64,000 nt of DNA from Marsupella aquatica. Taxonomy: Eukaryota > Plantae > Marchantiophyta. Made by a program: the position numbers and the translations under genes. Positions 22,791-36,481 of the stretch are shown piece after piece. Numbering within the stretch: the first letter of the stretch is position 1; each line of letters starts with the position of its first letter. The stretch covers positions 24,727,520-24,791,519 of the forward strand of contig OZ316893.1 in NCBI GenBank assembly GCA_973895155.1, in the 5' to 3' direction. The notes beneath the pieces are model-generated. The model did no database searches. It saw nothing but the letters and a program-made list of their open reading frames with translations, and had not been told where the DNA came from.

Positions 22791-25700
22791 TCATTCTGTC
22801 GTGATGCTCTCTATAGCCTCCACGAAAGTGAGTAGATCATGTCGGATGTATTCGGGCATCTTGTTCGCTACTTCCTGCGAGTCATGAAATTTAGTCAGAG
22901 AGCTGATTCACACTCAACAGTCGGCTGAAGCAAGAACTAGAGACAGGAGAGTAACCCACTTGCGGTGGACCTCTGTGCAAAAAGTAAGGCAAGGTTCTGA
23001 CTTCCTGCAAGTGGGCCACTTCTGACTCCCACGAATTGGGGAAAATATGATGGCCACTGTAATTGATCTGAAACGCTTTAATTCTGTTCAGGGCCAAATG
23101 GGATTGGTGGACGGGATTGGTACCTAACGACTCAACAGTTAAATGCTGAAGACGGAAGGAGGTGAGAAGTTTCTCACCACAGCCGTTTTCATAGTGTCAT
23201 CGGTTGCCGTCGCTGTCGACTGCGAGTCCAGCAGTTGTAAGGACAGCAAGCGAAGTGAGTACCCTTGCATCGGCCAATTTTCAGGCATTTCCACCGACGC
23301 TTTGAATTTGCCTGGTTTGGAAATAGATATCACCGGGCTCTCCAACGTGTATTCCACCGAGTACCTACCAAGATATGAACGTTTAAAAATTCACTCCCTT
23401 TGCAGCATTCTAATACATTAAAATGAGATTTATTGGCGGTGGGCAAAGGCTTAAAGATGTTCTGTGCGCACTGAACCTTGTGAGCGGTCACACGGAGGAA
23501 GCCCCATCTCGTATTTGGCAAAAGGAATAAATTCCAATCTTTAAAAGCACAACTGCTGTCGAAGCGAAAGGACTGAGACCAGGAACATTGCATCTACCGG
23601 GGAAGGGATGATACAAAATGAAACCCACAAAGCCCTGAACTCAAAACGCCTTTCAAATTGGGACTTCACTGCAGCCAGCTGGGCTTGTTGGGCAGTAAAT
23701 AATATAAATAGTTACATACCTCGGGTTGCTTGCCGCATTGCTCACAGCAGCGACTTTGAATGTATGGATCGTGAGGCGCTGGTGCACCGCTCTGACTAGG
23801 AAAGCCAATTGCGGTCCAAATTCAGCGAGCGTCCCTTCCTTCACTGATTCCGGGGAAGTAGAGGTGACCCTGCACGCATTTCAAGAGGAAATGAAAAGGC
23901 AGACTAGTAGAAAATAGCGGACTCTCGGCAAAGAGGTAGCACTAGGCTGCAGTTCTATCAGGAATAGGATAAAGAACGCACATTAGGATAAAGATACGCA
24001 GACCAAAAGTACATCTGTGAGATTTATGCCCACTTGCAGGCACGACGAATACCTTTTCTCTTGCGCTGCAGACAAAAGATCATCAATGGACACAGATTCA
24101 GGAGCAAGCTGCAGACGGAACAACCACCCGATTCACAATAATCAAAGAACCGGGCATATGGATTATTCTCATCTGATATAAACTATCAAGGTAGTGCGCA
24201 AGCATTGCGAACAAAAACGAGACCTAACCACGCATGGGCTGACCAGTAATTAATACTTAGCAGGCTGGTAAAAGGCAGTGAGAATGCTAGCCTTGGCCTG
24301 TTCAATCTCCATCGTCTCCTGATTGATTTTAATGTAAAGATTGTGCTCCCAGCTCGGATCGCTCTCTTGCTCCGGTACATTACGATCATCAACATTGGGA
24401 ACATAAGTTGTCAGTCGAAGCTCAATACTTCCGTTCTCCATGGACACCACTGACACATCACTTGAACGCTCCATATGCTTCCTCGATTGAAGGAACCTGC
24501 GGATATGATATGAGTAAGCACCTTGTACATTACTATGTAGCACGAAGCTAAATAACAAAAAGTACCAAACCGGGAGACAGGATCCGAAAGGCGGCAGACC
24601 CAATACTTTGTACAGGCAGAATATTTAGGAGCACTAGAAAGGAAACCACCTACTATGCTCTCTTAGAATCCCGTCTAGAAATCATCAAAAAGTGTTCGCC
24701 TTCCTTCAGTCTCGTGGAAAATTCTGGTCAATCGCTTTTCGACTAACAGAACTCATAATCAGCGCAAGCATATCATCATAATCTTACATTTTTGGAGGAC
24801 TACATCAACGGCTCAACCTACCTGGAAGTGACAGCGATGAGGAGTCGCATACACTCTTCTTCTCTGTCAATTTGGCTGGCTTGTGCCTGCAGCTCCTCGA
24901 TCTGGAATTCCAGCCATCAGTAAACGTGCACATGTGCGATGCGGCAGAGAATTGAATTGATTTGAAACTCCACTACCCATCAAGTGAGGCAAGATACGGG
25001 GGGCAAACATGCCCGATTTTGATATGAAACAAGCCAACTAGAGAACAAGGGGAGCGCAAAGACGATCTTAAAAAGCCTTAAGCTGCGTGGCACATACCTC
25101 GAGATTATATTGTTCAATTCTGCTCTCCATCGCAGCTTCTGCTTCAATATACTCTTTTTCGTTCTGTCTAAGTGTTTCCTCCTGAGACAAGATAATAATA
25201 TGAGACTGCAACACCAACCATGGTCACGGCACACAGAAGATGGAATCCAGTCGTAGTTTTTTTAAGGACCTCACCAGGTGTCGGATGGTTGATTCGAGAT
25301 CTTGTACATTCTCCGATTGCTTGTGTAGCACAGACAAGCTTTCATTTGTTTCCTGCAGAACATTATTGCCCCCAACAAGCATTTTTCTGGTGGAATAAGT
25401 TCTCAATTACGATTCATAGCTAAGCAACCAAATGGAGGTATTGCCATGACCGCACAGAAACGAGCTACTGTGGAAAAAACGAGATCTGGGAACTACATCA
25501 ATAACTACTTACATTGTCATGGCAAGCCAAGGCCCCTTCTTCTTCGGCCCGCTTGTCCACCTAAAGAAGGCAGTTTATGGAAAGTTATCATCTCGCTGGA
25601 TAAAATCAGAAATAGAAAGCCATGAAGTCTATTAGACATGCACAAAAGTGTGGTCAATGAGACAATGAGACACTCATCACAACATTGCCCTTTTCCTATC

Positions 25701-27679
25701 TTCTTTCTCTTTTTGAGTTCCTTCAGCTCTGTGTTAGACTTGTCAGCCCATCGACTATTGTCAGCACACAACTAAAAGTGTCTAGGGAAGTCTGATTGGC
25801 ATAAGCGAACCCCGAATTGTCGATGTGGGGAGCCAGTTGGACTCCATCAACATGACCATCACCAAATGCCCAACTATCTGACGGATGCGAATCATTAAAC
25901 AAGATGTCAACAGAACTCGCCAGTAGGTTCGTGCAGAAGTCGGGCTCACCTCCAACTCGAAGGCATCGAGGCAACCCGATGTATTCCTAAGATCTATCTC
26001 GAGGCCATTAACATCTGCATCATAGAAGCCATAGAAGATTAACCCGTCCGGTGTATTGAAAGTCAGTGAGCAACAACAGCACGACTTCTACACTTGATAG
26101 TTCAAAAACATTTTCCTGCATACTTGCATCTTACCACTTGCTATGGTCCTGATCAGGCACTCGATCTCCAAAATTATTTCGGCATTTGCAATTTTCAGCG
26201 CCTTCAATTCATCTCCCGTAGTGTCTGCGTCTACCGCTGCACATCCCACAGCTTACGTCAAGCTTTCTCCGGCGACCGTCGATTTTGACTGGAATAGACG
26301 GCATTGAACGCTGCATTACAACGTTCTAATCATGTTTGTTCAGATGCCATACGCCGCGAGAGCACAAAAAGCCTGGTATATGTAATAAATTGAGCGAATG
26401 TGCTCAACCCACATTGAGCATTCAAGCCTTATTGGAGATGAGGATGCAGGAAACAAACCACTCTCATTTTTCAACCAACTTTCATAGTCACTAGATTCTT
26501 CTCCAATTTTCCAATCAGCGAGCCGCTTCAGGATCCCTTCTTTGACTGTAAGCTCGATGGATTCGGCTTCCAGCGTGGAAAATAATTTCTGACGAACAAT
26601 TCCAGAAATCACATCAGACTCCCGTTGTTTTTCGACCGACAAAAACAGAATTCAGATGAGGGTCCAGTTCAACTCAAATTCAGTGGGTCTGAGTAAATTG
26701 AACACTGACAGAACTAAATGAAGGGACACAAATGACACAAGCAAAGAGGAGTTGTTGGGAATGACTGGGAAACTAACTCTTCCGCATGAAAAATGTACGA
26801 CTCACCTTCAACTGCTTGACACTTATATCAAACCCCTCGGCCTCGGCCTTCGCCACTTTCTGAAATGGATGCGAAAAGTCGCTCACGGAGGTATCCACCG
26901 ACGCCAAACTCCTGTACAGGTGCTGCAGTAGCTAAGATGACTGGTCCCTCTTTCCGACAATTCCTCAGATTATCGATCAGAAACAATTTACAAGTAGCAA
27001 CCAAGGAAGAACTCCAGTTGGCAGTTGCTGGCCGATGAAGTTGACCAAAAGGTAATCCAGAAGTGACTTCCCTTCCAAGACAATTAAGGCGCAAACTAAC
27101 TGTTTACACATTGGTGTAAAATGAGACTCTGTGATGCAACTATTAGACAGACTCAATGAAACAACCCATGGAAATGTGCCGTAAATATTTTCTAACTTTC
27201 CAATTGCATTAACATTAACAAATGTAATCACACGTATGGCTTCTCGGGCGAGCTTTTAATCGAAGCTCGCTTCCGCGGTGCTCCCGAACGCGCAATTTGA
27301 GGGAATTTGCATCCGCGGCAACAACAGCGGACTGCGCCATATTCTCGAAGCATAAAATGGAAAAATTGAACGCGCCATTGGTCAATCAGGCACTCAATCG
27401 TCGAAGGCAGACAGGGCGGTATGTTTCTTGTACTCACTGGCGGATGCGCTCCGCTTCTTGCCGAAGCTCGGCAATGGAGCAATCATTCGGTAAACCCGAC
27501 AAAAAGGAACCATCGGCAGCAATAGAAGGCGCGCCAGAGGCCTCTATAACATCGTTGCCCTCGGATGGCAGAGGCTGAGGCAGAGCGCCCTCCGTTGCTC
27601 TTGCAAGAGCAGTTTGGGAGGGTATGGTGACGGAAACATCTTCAAAGTCGAGGCGTTTCACAGAGGAATCCCTCTCCAT
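22791..27679 (-). CDS. multi-exon kinetochore ZWINT1/Sos7-like protein (coiled coil + tandem RWD-like; Arabidopsis At3g23910 family)
   Basis: Spliced exons give VSMENGSIELRLTTYVP..EHNLYIKINQETMEIEQAK-LAPESVSIDDLL, LAFLVRAVHQRL, ASVEMPENWPMQGYSLRLLSL and IRHDLLTFVEAIESI*, matching the recalled plant family. Exon borders approximate. Confidence 0.7.
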
Positions 27680-28203
27680 TGTTGCCAATTCTCGGAGACT
27701 CAGTCGGCCAGTCAGTCAGACAATCAATCACTCCATCACTCCGTCACCAGCCAGTCTAAACTATCTTTTCACGAACGCGAGCAAAAACCTCATCATCCAC
27801 CATCATCGACACATCCGTTCAGCTCTCCTACAACTCCGAGGCTCCGAACGAACGACGGCACGCCTGAGAATCAAATTCGCCATTGTGAACGACCTTTTTT
27901 CCATCTCGACAGAGACGAAATCTCCAGCAATTCGAGTGGCGTCAATTTCGGTGTCGCCCAGACCCAGCCACAATCCTTTCGACCTCGATCCGGCTTTCAT
28001 GGAGCACTACACTTCGCGAGGACCCCGATCTGCAAACCGTTCGTTCTTCCCGCTCTCGCTGCTCTCGTCGTCGTTTGAAAATTGGTGCTGCGTTTCTTTC
28101 GAGTGAAAGTTCAGATTTGGGGCACAGTCTGGAGCAGTCCCTCTACCTTGGAGAAAGTATAAGTAAAGAAATGTGAGAGAAGTGATCATCTGTTCTTGGT
28201 GAT

Positions 28204-28276
28204 GCCGCCCTAGCTCAGTTGGTAGAGCGCAAGGCTCTTAACCTTGTGGTCGGGGGTTCGAGCCCCCCGGGCGGCG
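28204..28276 (+). tRNA. tRNA-Lys(CUU)
   Basis: Acceptor stem GCCGCCC/GGGCGGC, D arm TAGCTCAGTTGGTAGAGC, anticodon arm CAAGG-CTCTTAA-CCTTG, T loop GGTTCGAGCC. Confidence 0.96.
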
Positions 28277-28321
28277 CTCTCGTGACGCTATAGACGTACT
28301 CTCCTGTGTCAGACATTCAGT

Positions 28322-28620
28322 ATGTAATTTTTATAGGTTTCAGCCTCAACCAGAGTTAGTGTAAACTACTACTGTACCTTCTTCGCCCGGTCACATTTGG
28401 ATGTAATTTTATAGGTTTCAGACTCAACCCAGAGTTAGTCTAAACTACTACTGTATTTTCCCCCCCGATCACATTTGGATGTAATTTTTATAGGTTTCAG
28501 ACCCAACCAGAGTTAGTCTAAACTACTACTGTACGTTCTTCCCCCATCACATTTGGATGTAATTTTTATAGGTTTCTGACTGAACCAGAGTTAGTCTAAA
28601 CTACTACTGTACCTTCTTAC
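28322..28620. repeat. ~78-bp tandem repeat x4
   Basis: ATGTAATTTTTATAGGTTTCAG..CCAGAGTTAGTCTAAACTACTACTGTA units at about 28322, 28401, 28479 and 28557. Confidence 0.9.
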
Positions 28621-28624
28621 CCCC

Positions 28625-28922
28625 AACACAGCTCCGTGGATATATGATAGAAAATGGAAATTTCTAAATTCTGTGACATAAAATATATCTGACTTGAACA
28701 CAAAATACTTTTAACATAACCCCTTAAACACACTCCCATGGAGATGTGCTTGGAAATATAAATTTTTGGGTTCAGTGACAAAAAATACATTTGAACTTGA
28801 ATGCAAAAAAGTTTTAACACAACCCCAACACATTCCCATGGAGATCTGATTGGAAATAGAAATTGTTGGGTTCTGTGACAAAAAATATATCTGAACTTGA
28901 ACACAAAATTGTTTTAACACAA
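28625..28922. repeat. diverged ~100-bp tandem repeat x3
   Basis: Recurring AACACA..CCCATGGAGAT..TTGGAAAT..TTCTGTGACAAAAAAT..GAACTTGAA. Confidence 0.65.
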
Positions 28923-30174
28923 CGCCCCGACTTAGTGGTTTGAATATTGAGGTTGTCTTCATGGTGGATGTAAGTTGTGTTTTGACCCTACACTGGTTTA
29001 CATTGGACACAAACAGTAAAAAATTCAAAAATCATGCTACTACAGCAATATTCAAACACACAGCCCATTTTCAAACACACTGTCCTGCAAGTATAGAAAA
29101 TGAAAACATATAGTCAAAACTCAAATACAACTTACTGATACATCCCATTTCTTTGTTATTTTTCCTTTCTGTTTTGGTTGTGGATAACTTAAACTCCCAA
29201 TGTTTATGGGAATGTTGTTATGTACGGCCAAAATGCTGAGAAGGGGCCATGGAAACCATAGAGGGTGCAAGAGAACAAAAAGTTCACCTACTTTCATTTT
29301 GGAACCCTTTTACTCATTTTTGAAATAAGAACACCATTTCAGCCATGTATCACCTTTTGACATGAGCAAACAACATTACTGAATACAAATAAAATGGACA
29401 GCTCAGATTTCAGCCGAGACCAAGTTGATGGCCAGAAGAGGTTCAATTTGTTTTATCTTCCGTCTTCCATATGGGAAAAACCCATTTGTTAATCTCATTG
29501 AGAGCTGTCTTTAGGACCATAGACTGGTCACAAAACTGGACAGATGAGATTTCAGAGCTGACAGATGGCTTGCACAGGGATTACCATTGTACAGTGAGCA
29601 CTTTGGGTCACCAGGACCCAAATCCTACATCTAGGCCATTTTGTGAAGGGATGTTCTTCTAGCCTTGGTAGATTCATAAATAGTTAGTGGCATATCTTGT
29701 TGATTAATTCAACCGCTACTCAAAGACAGCATGCACAAGTGCAACATCCAACAAACATACAAGTAGTTGGCACAAAAAGCACGTGGTTCACCTCACCAGA
29801 GCCTATATCCACGGCAACATACAAATGTTGAATTAAACTCTAAACCTGTTGTCATCGTGAGTCTCCACACAGTAAACTCTTTCTATCTTCTAGATAGCTT
29901 TGTAACAATGAGCTCTAAGTTCCATTCACTAACTAAGTTTTGTTGGTGAATATTGTAGTGGCACATCTAATCTTAATTTAGTACTTGACTACTATTAGAC
30001 TTAGTGATTTAAAACATAGGAGTAAATGCCCACCACTTATGACTTTTTTCCACTAAAAACTTATCGTCCTAAAGATAGGGCTCTAGACCAAAAGTCTTTT
30101 GAAATGACCTTCAACAAACACAATCAGTGACTGATGCGCCAGGGATTAGAAGTGTTTGGACCATGTCTGCACGT

Positions 30175-30496
30175 GGTCCAAAAACTCCCCATCAGCATTT
30201 ACTTAGGACCCTCTGCTTGCCATGTAGGATCAGAAAACACCATATCTGAAATAGGCCCTCAAAGTTCTTACAAACCCAACTGCGGTCATTTCCACTCAGT
30301 ATAAGGTCTAGATTTCATCTCAGCAAGGACAAAAAGAAGGTCCAAAAACTCCCCATCAGCATTTACTTAGGACCCTATGCTTGCCGTGTAGGATCAGAAA
30401 ACACCATATCGATATAGGCCCTCAAAGTTCTTACAAACCCAACTGCGGTCATTTACACTCAGTATAAGGTCTAGATTTCATCTCAGCAAGGACAAA
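30175..30496. repeat. ~164-bp tandem duplication
   Basis: GGTCCAAAAACTCCCCATCAGC...CTCAGCAAGGACAAAA occurs twice. Confidence 0.9.
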
Positions 30497-32113
30497 ACGA
30501 AGACCATTGCCCTCATGTTTTGCAAAACAACCCTAATGCACATCATTATTATGTTAACAACAATATTCTGAAAGGAATGTTCACAAGATGTTCTACGATA
30601 CAACTGGAAGGAATGTTCACAAGATGTTCTACGATACAACTGGATGGGAAGTGGATGGTTGTACCCATCACGGCTTTTCTGGGATTTGACACACAATGTA
30701 TGTTGTGTAATAATGTGTATGCACATGACACCCTAAAAAATCAATAAAATGATCAACAAGAAGAAAAATGAACACAGACATGAAGATCTGGAAGCTTTTT
30801 GCCTTAGAAATTCAACATAATTGTTATTAGGAGGAACAGTGAACACACTGGTGGGAAGCTGAGAAAGGGGACAAACCCCATATAGAACCATATTAAGGTA
30901 TCCAATGTTGAAAAACCTATACAAGAATCTTCTGACCTAACCAGCAAAGGAGTATTCTCACCTTGATTGTCTCATCGTTATCATGTCAAGGGCAGCCATT
31001 GGCAAACAATGCCTACTGTGGCAGCTAGTGAGGGCAGCGCGATAACACAACTGGCCTGATTACCAATTTATGTAGAGAGATGAGAAAATTATTGCCCATT
31101 CATGTTTGATCATTAATCATTCATATTTGCCCACATCCCTGTTTCTGTCCATACTTTTCATTATCCCATTAGAGTCTGAGTGTAGAAGCTTCATTCTTGA
31201 TAGTTTCCCCAATAGAAGTTTGCGGTCACTTGATTTTGCGAGTTAACACAATTAATCTGGGAATTTGTGGTTATTTGGTTTTGCAAGGTTACACAATTAA
31301 GCTGGGAATTTGTGGTAACCAGGTCGGGCGCTCACCAGAGGACTCACCCTACATCTCAACTGTCTCATTTAGGGGAAAATTCTATTGTCATCGGCGAGTT
31401 CGTGTACAGTTTCAGATGCCTAGTCTTTTTGTCGACAAACACTTCTGCTCCACGAGTGAGATATGCGAAAAACACAAGACGAACACTTCATAATTCATCC
31501 AGAAACTGAAAAACCCCGTTCGCCAAGTTGCACGAATTGATTCCAGACATGGCTGACGTTCAATCCTACATCAAGTCAAATTATCAGCTACAACACCACA
31601 CCCAACTGAGTATTGTGACCGGGTCAAATCAATTATTAGCTGCAGCCGGTTTTGGGTTGCTCGCATGTATACAAGCACACTTTTGATTGTGGGCGAGTCC
31701 TCATGTACCTCCGACAAGTTGCTATTCTTGTTTCCAAGAAAAAACGTCTGAAAATGCAAAGCTATATAATACCAGCATCCCTACGAAAACAGGAGAAAGT
31801 GCAGATATCCTCAACCGCCAGTGATACCAAAAGTATCAGGTCACAGAAGGGCAAGTGACAGGTTAGGAGTACCCGGAAAATCCCAGTTGAGGTAGTATAT
31901 TACTTGTCACTTGAAAAAGTTTCCCTGGACTGATAAACTATCTTGATGACATCTATTAACCCCGATTGCTGTCCTGCAATAGTTGAGGAAGAAAATAGCC
32001 CATCAACTACTGTTTGTTGTAATGCATACTGAGTAAGAGTAAGGTTTTGCAACCGTGTCAAGTGAGTCCATGTTTTGGACACCCAGTCAAATGTTCGGTC
32101 AGTGTGCAGCTAT

Positions 32114-34688
32114 TTAAGCTGGGATTAAAGAAGGTTCGCGGGATTCCTCTACCGATGGGTGCTGGACCTCCCAGCTTGTCAGCTCTCCTTCAACAAAATC
32201 GTAATACCATCCATGAAGTCCTAACTTTCCAGCTTCAAAACTCTCCTTTATCCAGGGAAATGTCAGCAAGTTGGCGAGTGACCCATTAACGGCTTCCTGT
32301 TTCAGATATAGGCAGATAAGTAAGCACGGTTTCAACTATCTAATTTCATGCAACAGAACAGAGATGAAAACGAACGGGGAAGGACGAGAGGAGAAGGGAG
32401 GGGGGGAGTTCGTTGTTGAGAACACTCACCCTAGAAACATGGCATTGGAGTATCTAAAAGAGCTTATGTAATTATGCGAAAGTATATTACAAAGAAGTTC
32501 ACAACTTCAGGAAACAAACTAACATCTTCTGAGGAGGACATGAGGACTTGCCTGCTCGCAGAATTTACACTGGTCATTAAATGATCTGCCCTCCATTTGC
32601 ACCAAAGTATGAGTCTTGGCTGGTATCGCACAACTCATCCACCGCCCGATGAAGTCACTGCAAAACGACTCGGCTCAGAGAAGTTTAGAAGAGTGGATAA
32701 CCACAGTACATTCTTCTTTCACTGGAACCCAAAAGTCATTCTTACAAAAATAGAAAGAAGGAAACTGGACAACACGTTGAATTTAAAAACAACAACGTTG
32801 AAGCGAATGCAACATACTCTTCCTTAGAAAAGTATATCACAATGACACGACTGGATTGAAATCCAATCCTAGCACATACCTTTCAAACTCAGTGGCCTTG
32901 CGAGACATCAAAGCCTTAATACCTCCACAATTTCGGTGCCCAATAACAATGATATGCTCCACCTGGCGTGCAAGAAAGAAAAAGCTTTAGTCTCGGACGA
33001 AAACAACCAACCAACCACCAATCACCGGAGCAGATGTCAATAAGATCCTCGAGGACCAAGAAGAAATAACAGTTACCTTTAAAGCTGTCACGGCAAATTC
33101 AAGAGCAGCACTCGTCCCATGTAAACCAACCTGCACATTGGGCAATCGTTCAACGATATTTATAAAATTCCTGTGAAAAGTCTATGTACTATCCAAAACA
33201 AGACTTCATCAATATTAACATCCACCCATCCATCCCAATTTCGAATAAGTCCGTAGAGCACATTTAGCTACTACAATTGCTGAAGGACTTCAACTTCCAA
33301 CAGCTTGGATTTCTGATCATCTAGCACAAATCAAGTCTTTCCTGAAAACTCTATTTTGTAGGTTAGTTCAGCATTCTACCAACTAACAGAAACTCTGAGA
33401 TCGTCAGGGAATCTAGCTGTGACGATCGATTTCACATTTGCTGAGTATTGAGGAGGCTAAGGTGCGCCACTATTGCAAGGATCACGAAAGTTGGAGTCAA
33501 GGACGCCACTCAATCCACCATTTACATACCCTGTCCTTCTCGCAAGGAGGAACCAAATTGGCCACATTGCGAACAGTAAAAACTTCCCCAGGATCCAACC
33601 CCATAAGCATTGTTGGACAAACTCGAGAATCAGCACAAGCGATCACCATCACCTGGACCAACAGAGAAACCCACATACATGACGGCCATGACTTAACACC
33701 CTGGGAAATACAATAAACAGCCGAAGAAACAAGAAGAACGTATATTCTATAGAAGGGAGACCAACCAGATTGAATTGTATCACGCTGACGAAACCGTTTC
33801 AGGAAAGGTCAAGCAAGAAGTTAAGCAGGTCTGGGAGATAAAAACATTAGTATAGCACTTTGGAAAGACGTTTCTAAGTGGACAACCAACAGTTATTACA
33901 ATTCTCAACCGGTGACTCGCGTATGCATTGAGAAAATGGTGAATGTTTGTACAAAACCATGTAATGAAGGAAACAATAAGCCATGCAGCTGGAGGGCATC
34001 GAACTCGAGACAGATTCAAGCCAATGACTAGCATGGAAATCACAAAAGTGCCCGGTATATACCTTCGGTTGCTGGCCCTCGGCAAGCTGCGAGAAAAGGC
34101 TGGTTTCCTTGCTGTATCCACCAATTCAATACACCAGAACGAAATGAGCCTCAACATTTCAGTACTCCTGGAACGACGAGACAGGAGACCCATTCTCAAC
34201 AGATGAAATAAAATCACAGGCGATCAGATTAGGGTATGGGGATGAAGAACTCACAGAAACCGCTCCTCTTTGAATTTGACAAAACCCTGCTTCAATCTGT
34301 TGAGGACATCAGCACTAGTCGTTTGGCTCAGAGAATTTTTGTTAACCTTCTGAGGCTCAGAAACATCGTAGTCACCCTGGAGGGCAGCTCCAAACGCCCT
34401 GCTGCTTTCCCCACGGGGAGTAGCCTCCGTAGAAACATCACCCCGATCTCCTTTCTCGTCAATCAAACTGACCTTCTTCACCATACTAAAGGGTGGATAT
34501 TTCACAGAACAAGAAGAAGAACCGGCCGATGACCGCGACACTGCACAGCGTAAAGCAGGCACCATGGGTGCTACGGCTTTGGGCCATTTAACCCCACCGC
34601 CGGTCAGGGTCTCTGAAGGACGTCCATGCTGCGTGAAACCTCTGAAGAACGAAGAGGACAAGACGCTCAATTCAGCAACCTGCAGCAT
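32114..34688 (-). CDS. BCA: beta-carbonic anhydrase, probably plastid-targeted (multi-exon)
   Basis: Exons [51 protein letters not shown] and [24 protein letters not shown]. Ser/Arg-rich N-terminus. Confidence 0.93.
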
Positions 34689-34911
34689 ACTTCTCGAACG
34701 AGGAGAACACCACAGCTCGAGCAGGTCCCCTCCAGCAGCAATGTTCCAAACGCTCTTCCTTCTCAGAGATCTCCACAACCATATCGACGCCGTAGCACTC
34801 TGCGTTCACCCCGGGAGCTCGTCGCTCTTCTTAAACTCCTCCTCCACAAGGCATTCTCCAATCCTCCGCCCTCCAAGCTCAATGCGTGTGGATCATCAAT
34901 CACAGACACAC

Positions 34912-34958
34912 ATCCATCCTATCCTATCCTATCCTATCCTATCCTATCCTATCCATCC
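34912..34958. repeat. (ATCCT)n microsatellite
   Basis: Directly visible. Confidence 0.9.
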
Positions 34959-35139
34959 TGCTCTCAATTCCTGCTCTCAATTCCTGCTCGGTCGCATCGA
35001 ACTCCACCTTCGGATGTTCCCAAGCTCTTGTTTATTCGATGCGCATTCGTCCTCTATCCGTCGGACCCACCTCGATATCCGTTCCCTATGAGCACCATCC
35101 CCGCACAGCACTCCAGCTCCACCGCCGTCTCGTTTTACG

Positions 35140-35650
35140 TCGCAAAAAGTGCACCAAGCACATGATCAATACAAACCAAGAGGTATTTGCCTTTTTTCCC
35201 CTTAAGCCACCACTAGCCAGATAAAAGGGGGGAAGTGCCCATTAAACTACCACTAGCCACATAAAAGGGGGAAGTGTCCATTAAACCACCACCAGCCATA
35301 TAAAAGAGGGAAGTGTCCATGATATATATATATATATCCCCCTTAAACTACCACTAGCCATATAAAAGGGGGAAACGTCCAGTACTTCTCCCTTTTTCAC
35401 CCTTACTCTCATTCTTCTCCTCCCCCCCCCCCCAATCTTATTAGGTTGCAAAAAGTGCACCAAGAACATGATAAATACAAACCAAGAGGTATTTCTTCTC
35501 TTTTTTGGCCTTAAACCACCACTAGCCATATGAAAGGGGAAGTGTCAAGTAATTCTCCCTTTTTCACTTTACTCTCATTATTCTCCTCTTCTTTGCCATC
35601 TTATTAGGTGGCAAAAATTGCACCAAGAACATGATAAATACAAACCAATA
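35140..35650. repeat. clustered short repeats, probable non-autonomous TE
   Basis: TTAAACCACCACTAGCCATATAAAAGGGGGAAGTG about x5 and GCAAAAAGTGCACCAAG..ACAAACCAA x3. Confidence 0.7.
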
Positions 35651-36481
35651 GGTGATTTATGACGGACCCCCACGGGAATTTCCTTCCAAAATCCCTAGAA
35701 GCATGTGCAGCCACATCAACATTATTGGTCACAAACAAGAATGGTTCATTACGCTAAAAGCACCAAACAAGACTGTGTGTGTTTGAAACAAGTCAAAGAA
35801 ACTCTTCAACTAGTGTAGCATTTACCAAGGTAATGTAAGAAACCATTCGGTTACTATGGAAAAAAGAACACCAAGAGAACATAAGAAACCCTTTGACTAC
35901 TATGGATAAAGGAATACCAAGTAAACATAAGAAACCCTTTTGACTACTATGGATAAAGGAATACCAAATGAATGTAATTAAGAACCCCTTTGGCCTATAT
36001 AGCATTTTGCATGGACTCTATGGACATAGGAGTACCAAGGGAACGTTTTGCATGCACTTCTTCCATGAATATTTACTTGTTTTTTCCTCTCATCTCCATA
36101 TTCAAATTTATTCCAATATGCAACTCTTCATGTGTTCCCGCATGTGTTCTAACTTAGTTGTTGAATAACATCAAACTTACATAACCAAGGGGTACGCAAA
36201 CTAGTTTATTTTTGCTGCAAACCACCACTAACCAGGGGGAAGTGTCCAATACTTATCCCTTTTTCACTTTCCTATCATTCTTCTCCTCTCCCCTTTCATG
36301 TCTCTCATTCTTCTCCTCTCCCTTTCCATGTGTCCACAAATTATGGAAAGGATACTATTTGTGGTGAAACCTGGTGTAACCAGGCTTTTGTCATGGCTCG
36401 TGGTGATGTAAATGTTTAAACCAAAAGCTGACCCATCCAACACAGGAAAGATGGTCAACCCCGGAGCATACACCTCTGATG

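Noticed and set aside
28322-28620. CRISPR-like array
   Set aside because: Whole units repeat with no unique spacers.
34564-35224. Plus-strand ORFs with ILSYP repeats
   Set aside because: Produced by the ATCCT microsatellite and antisense to the carbonic anhydrase 5' region.
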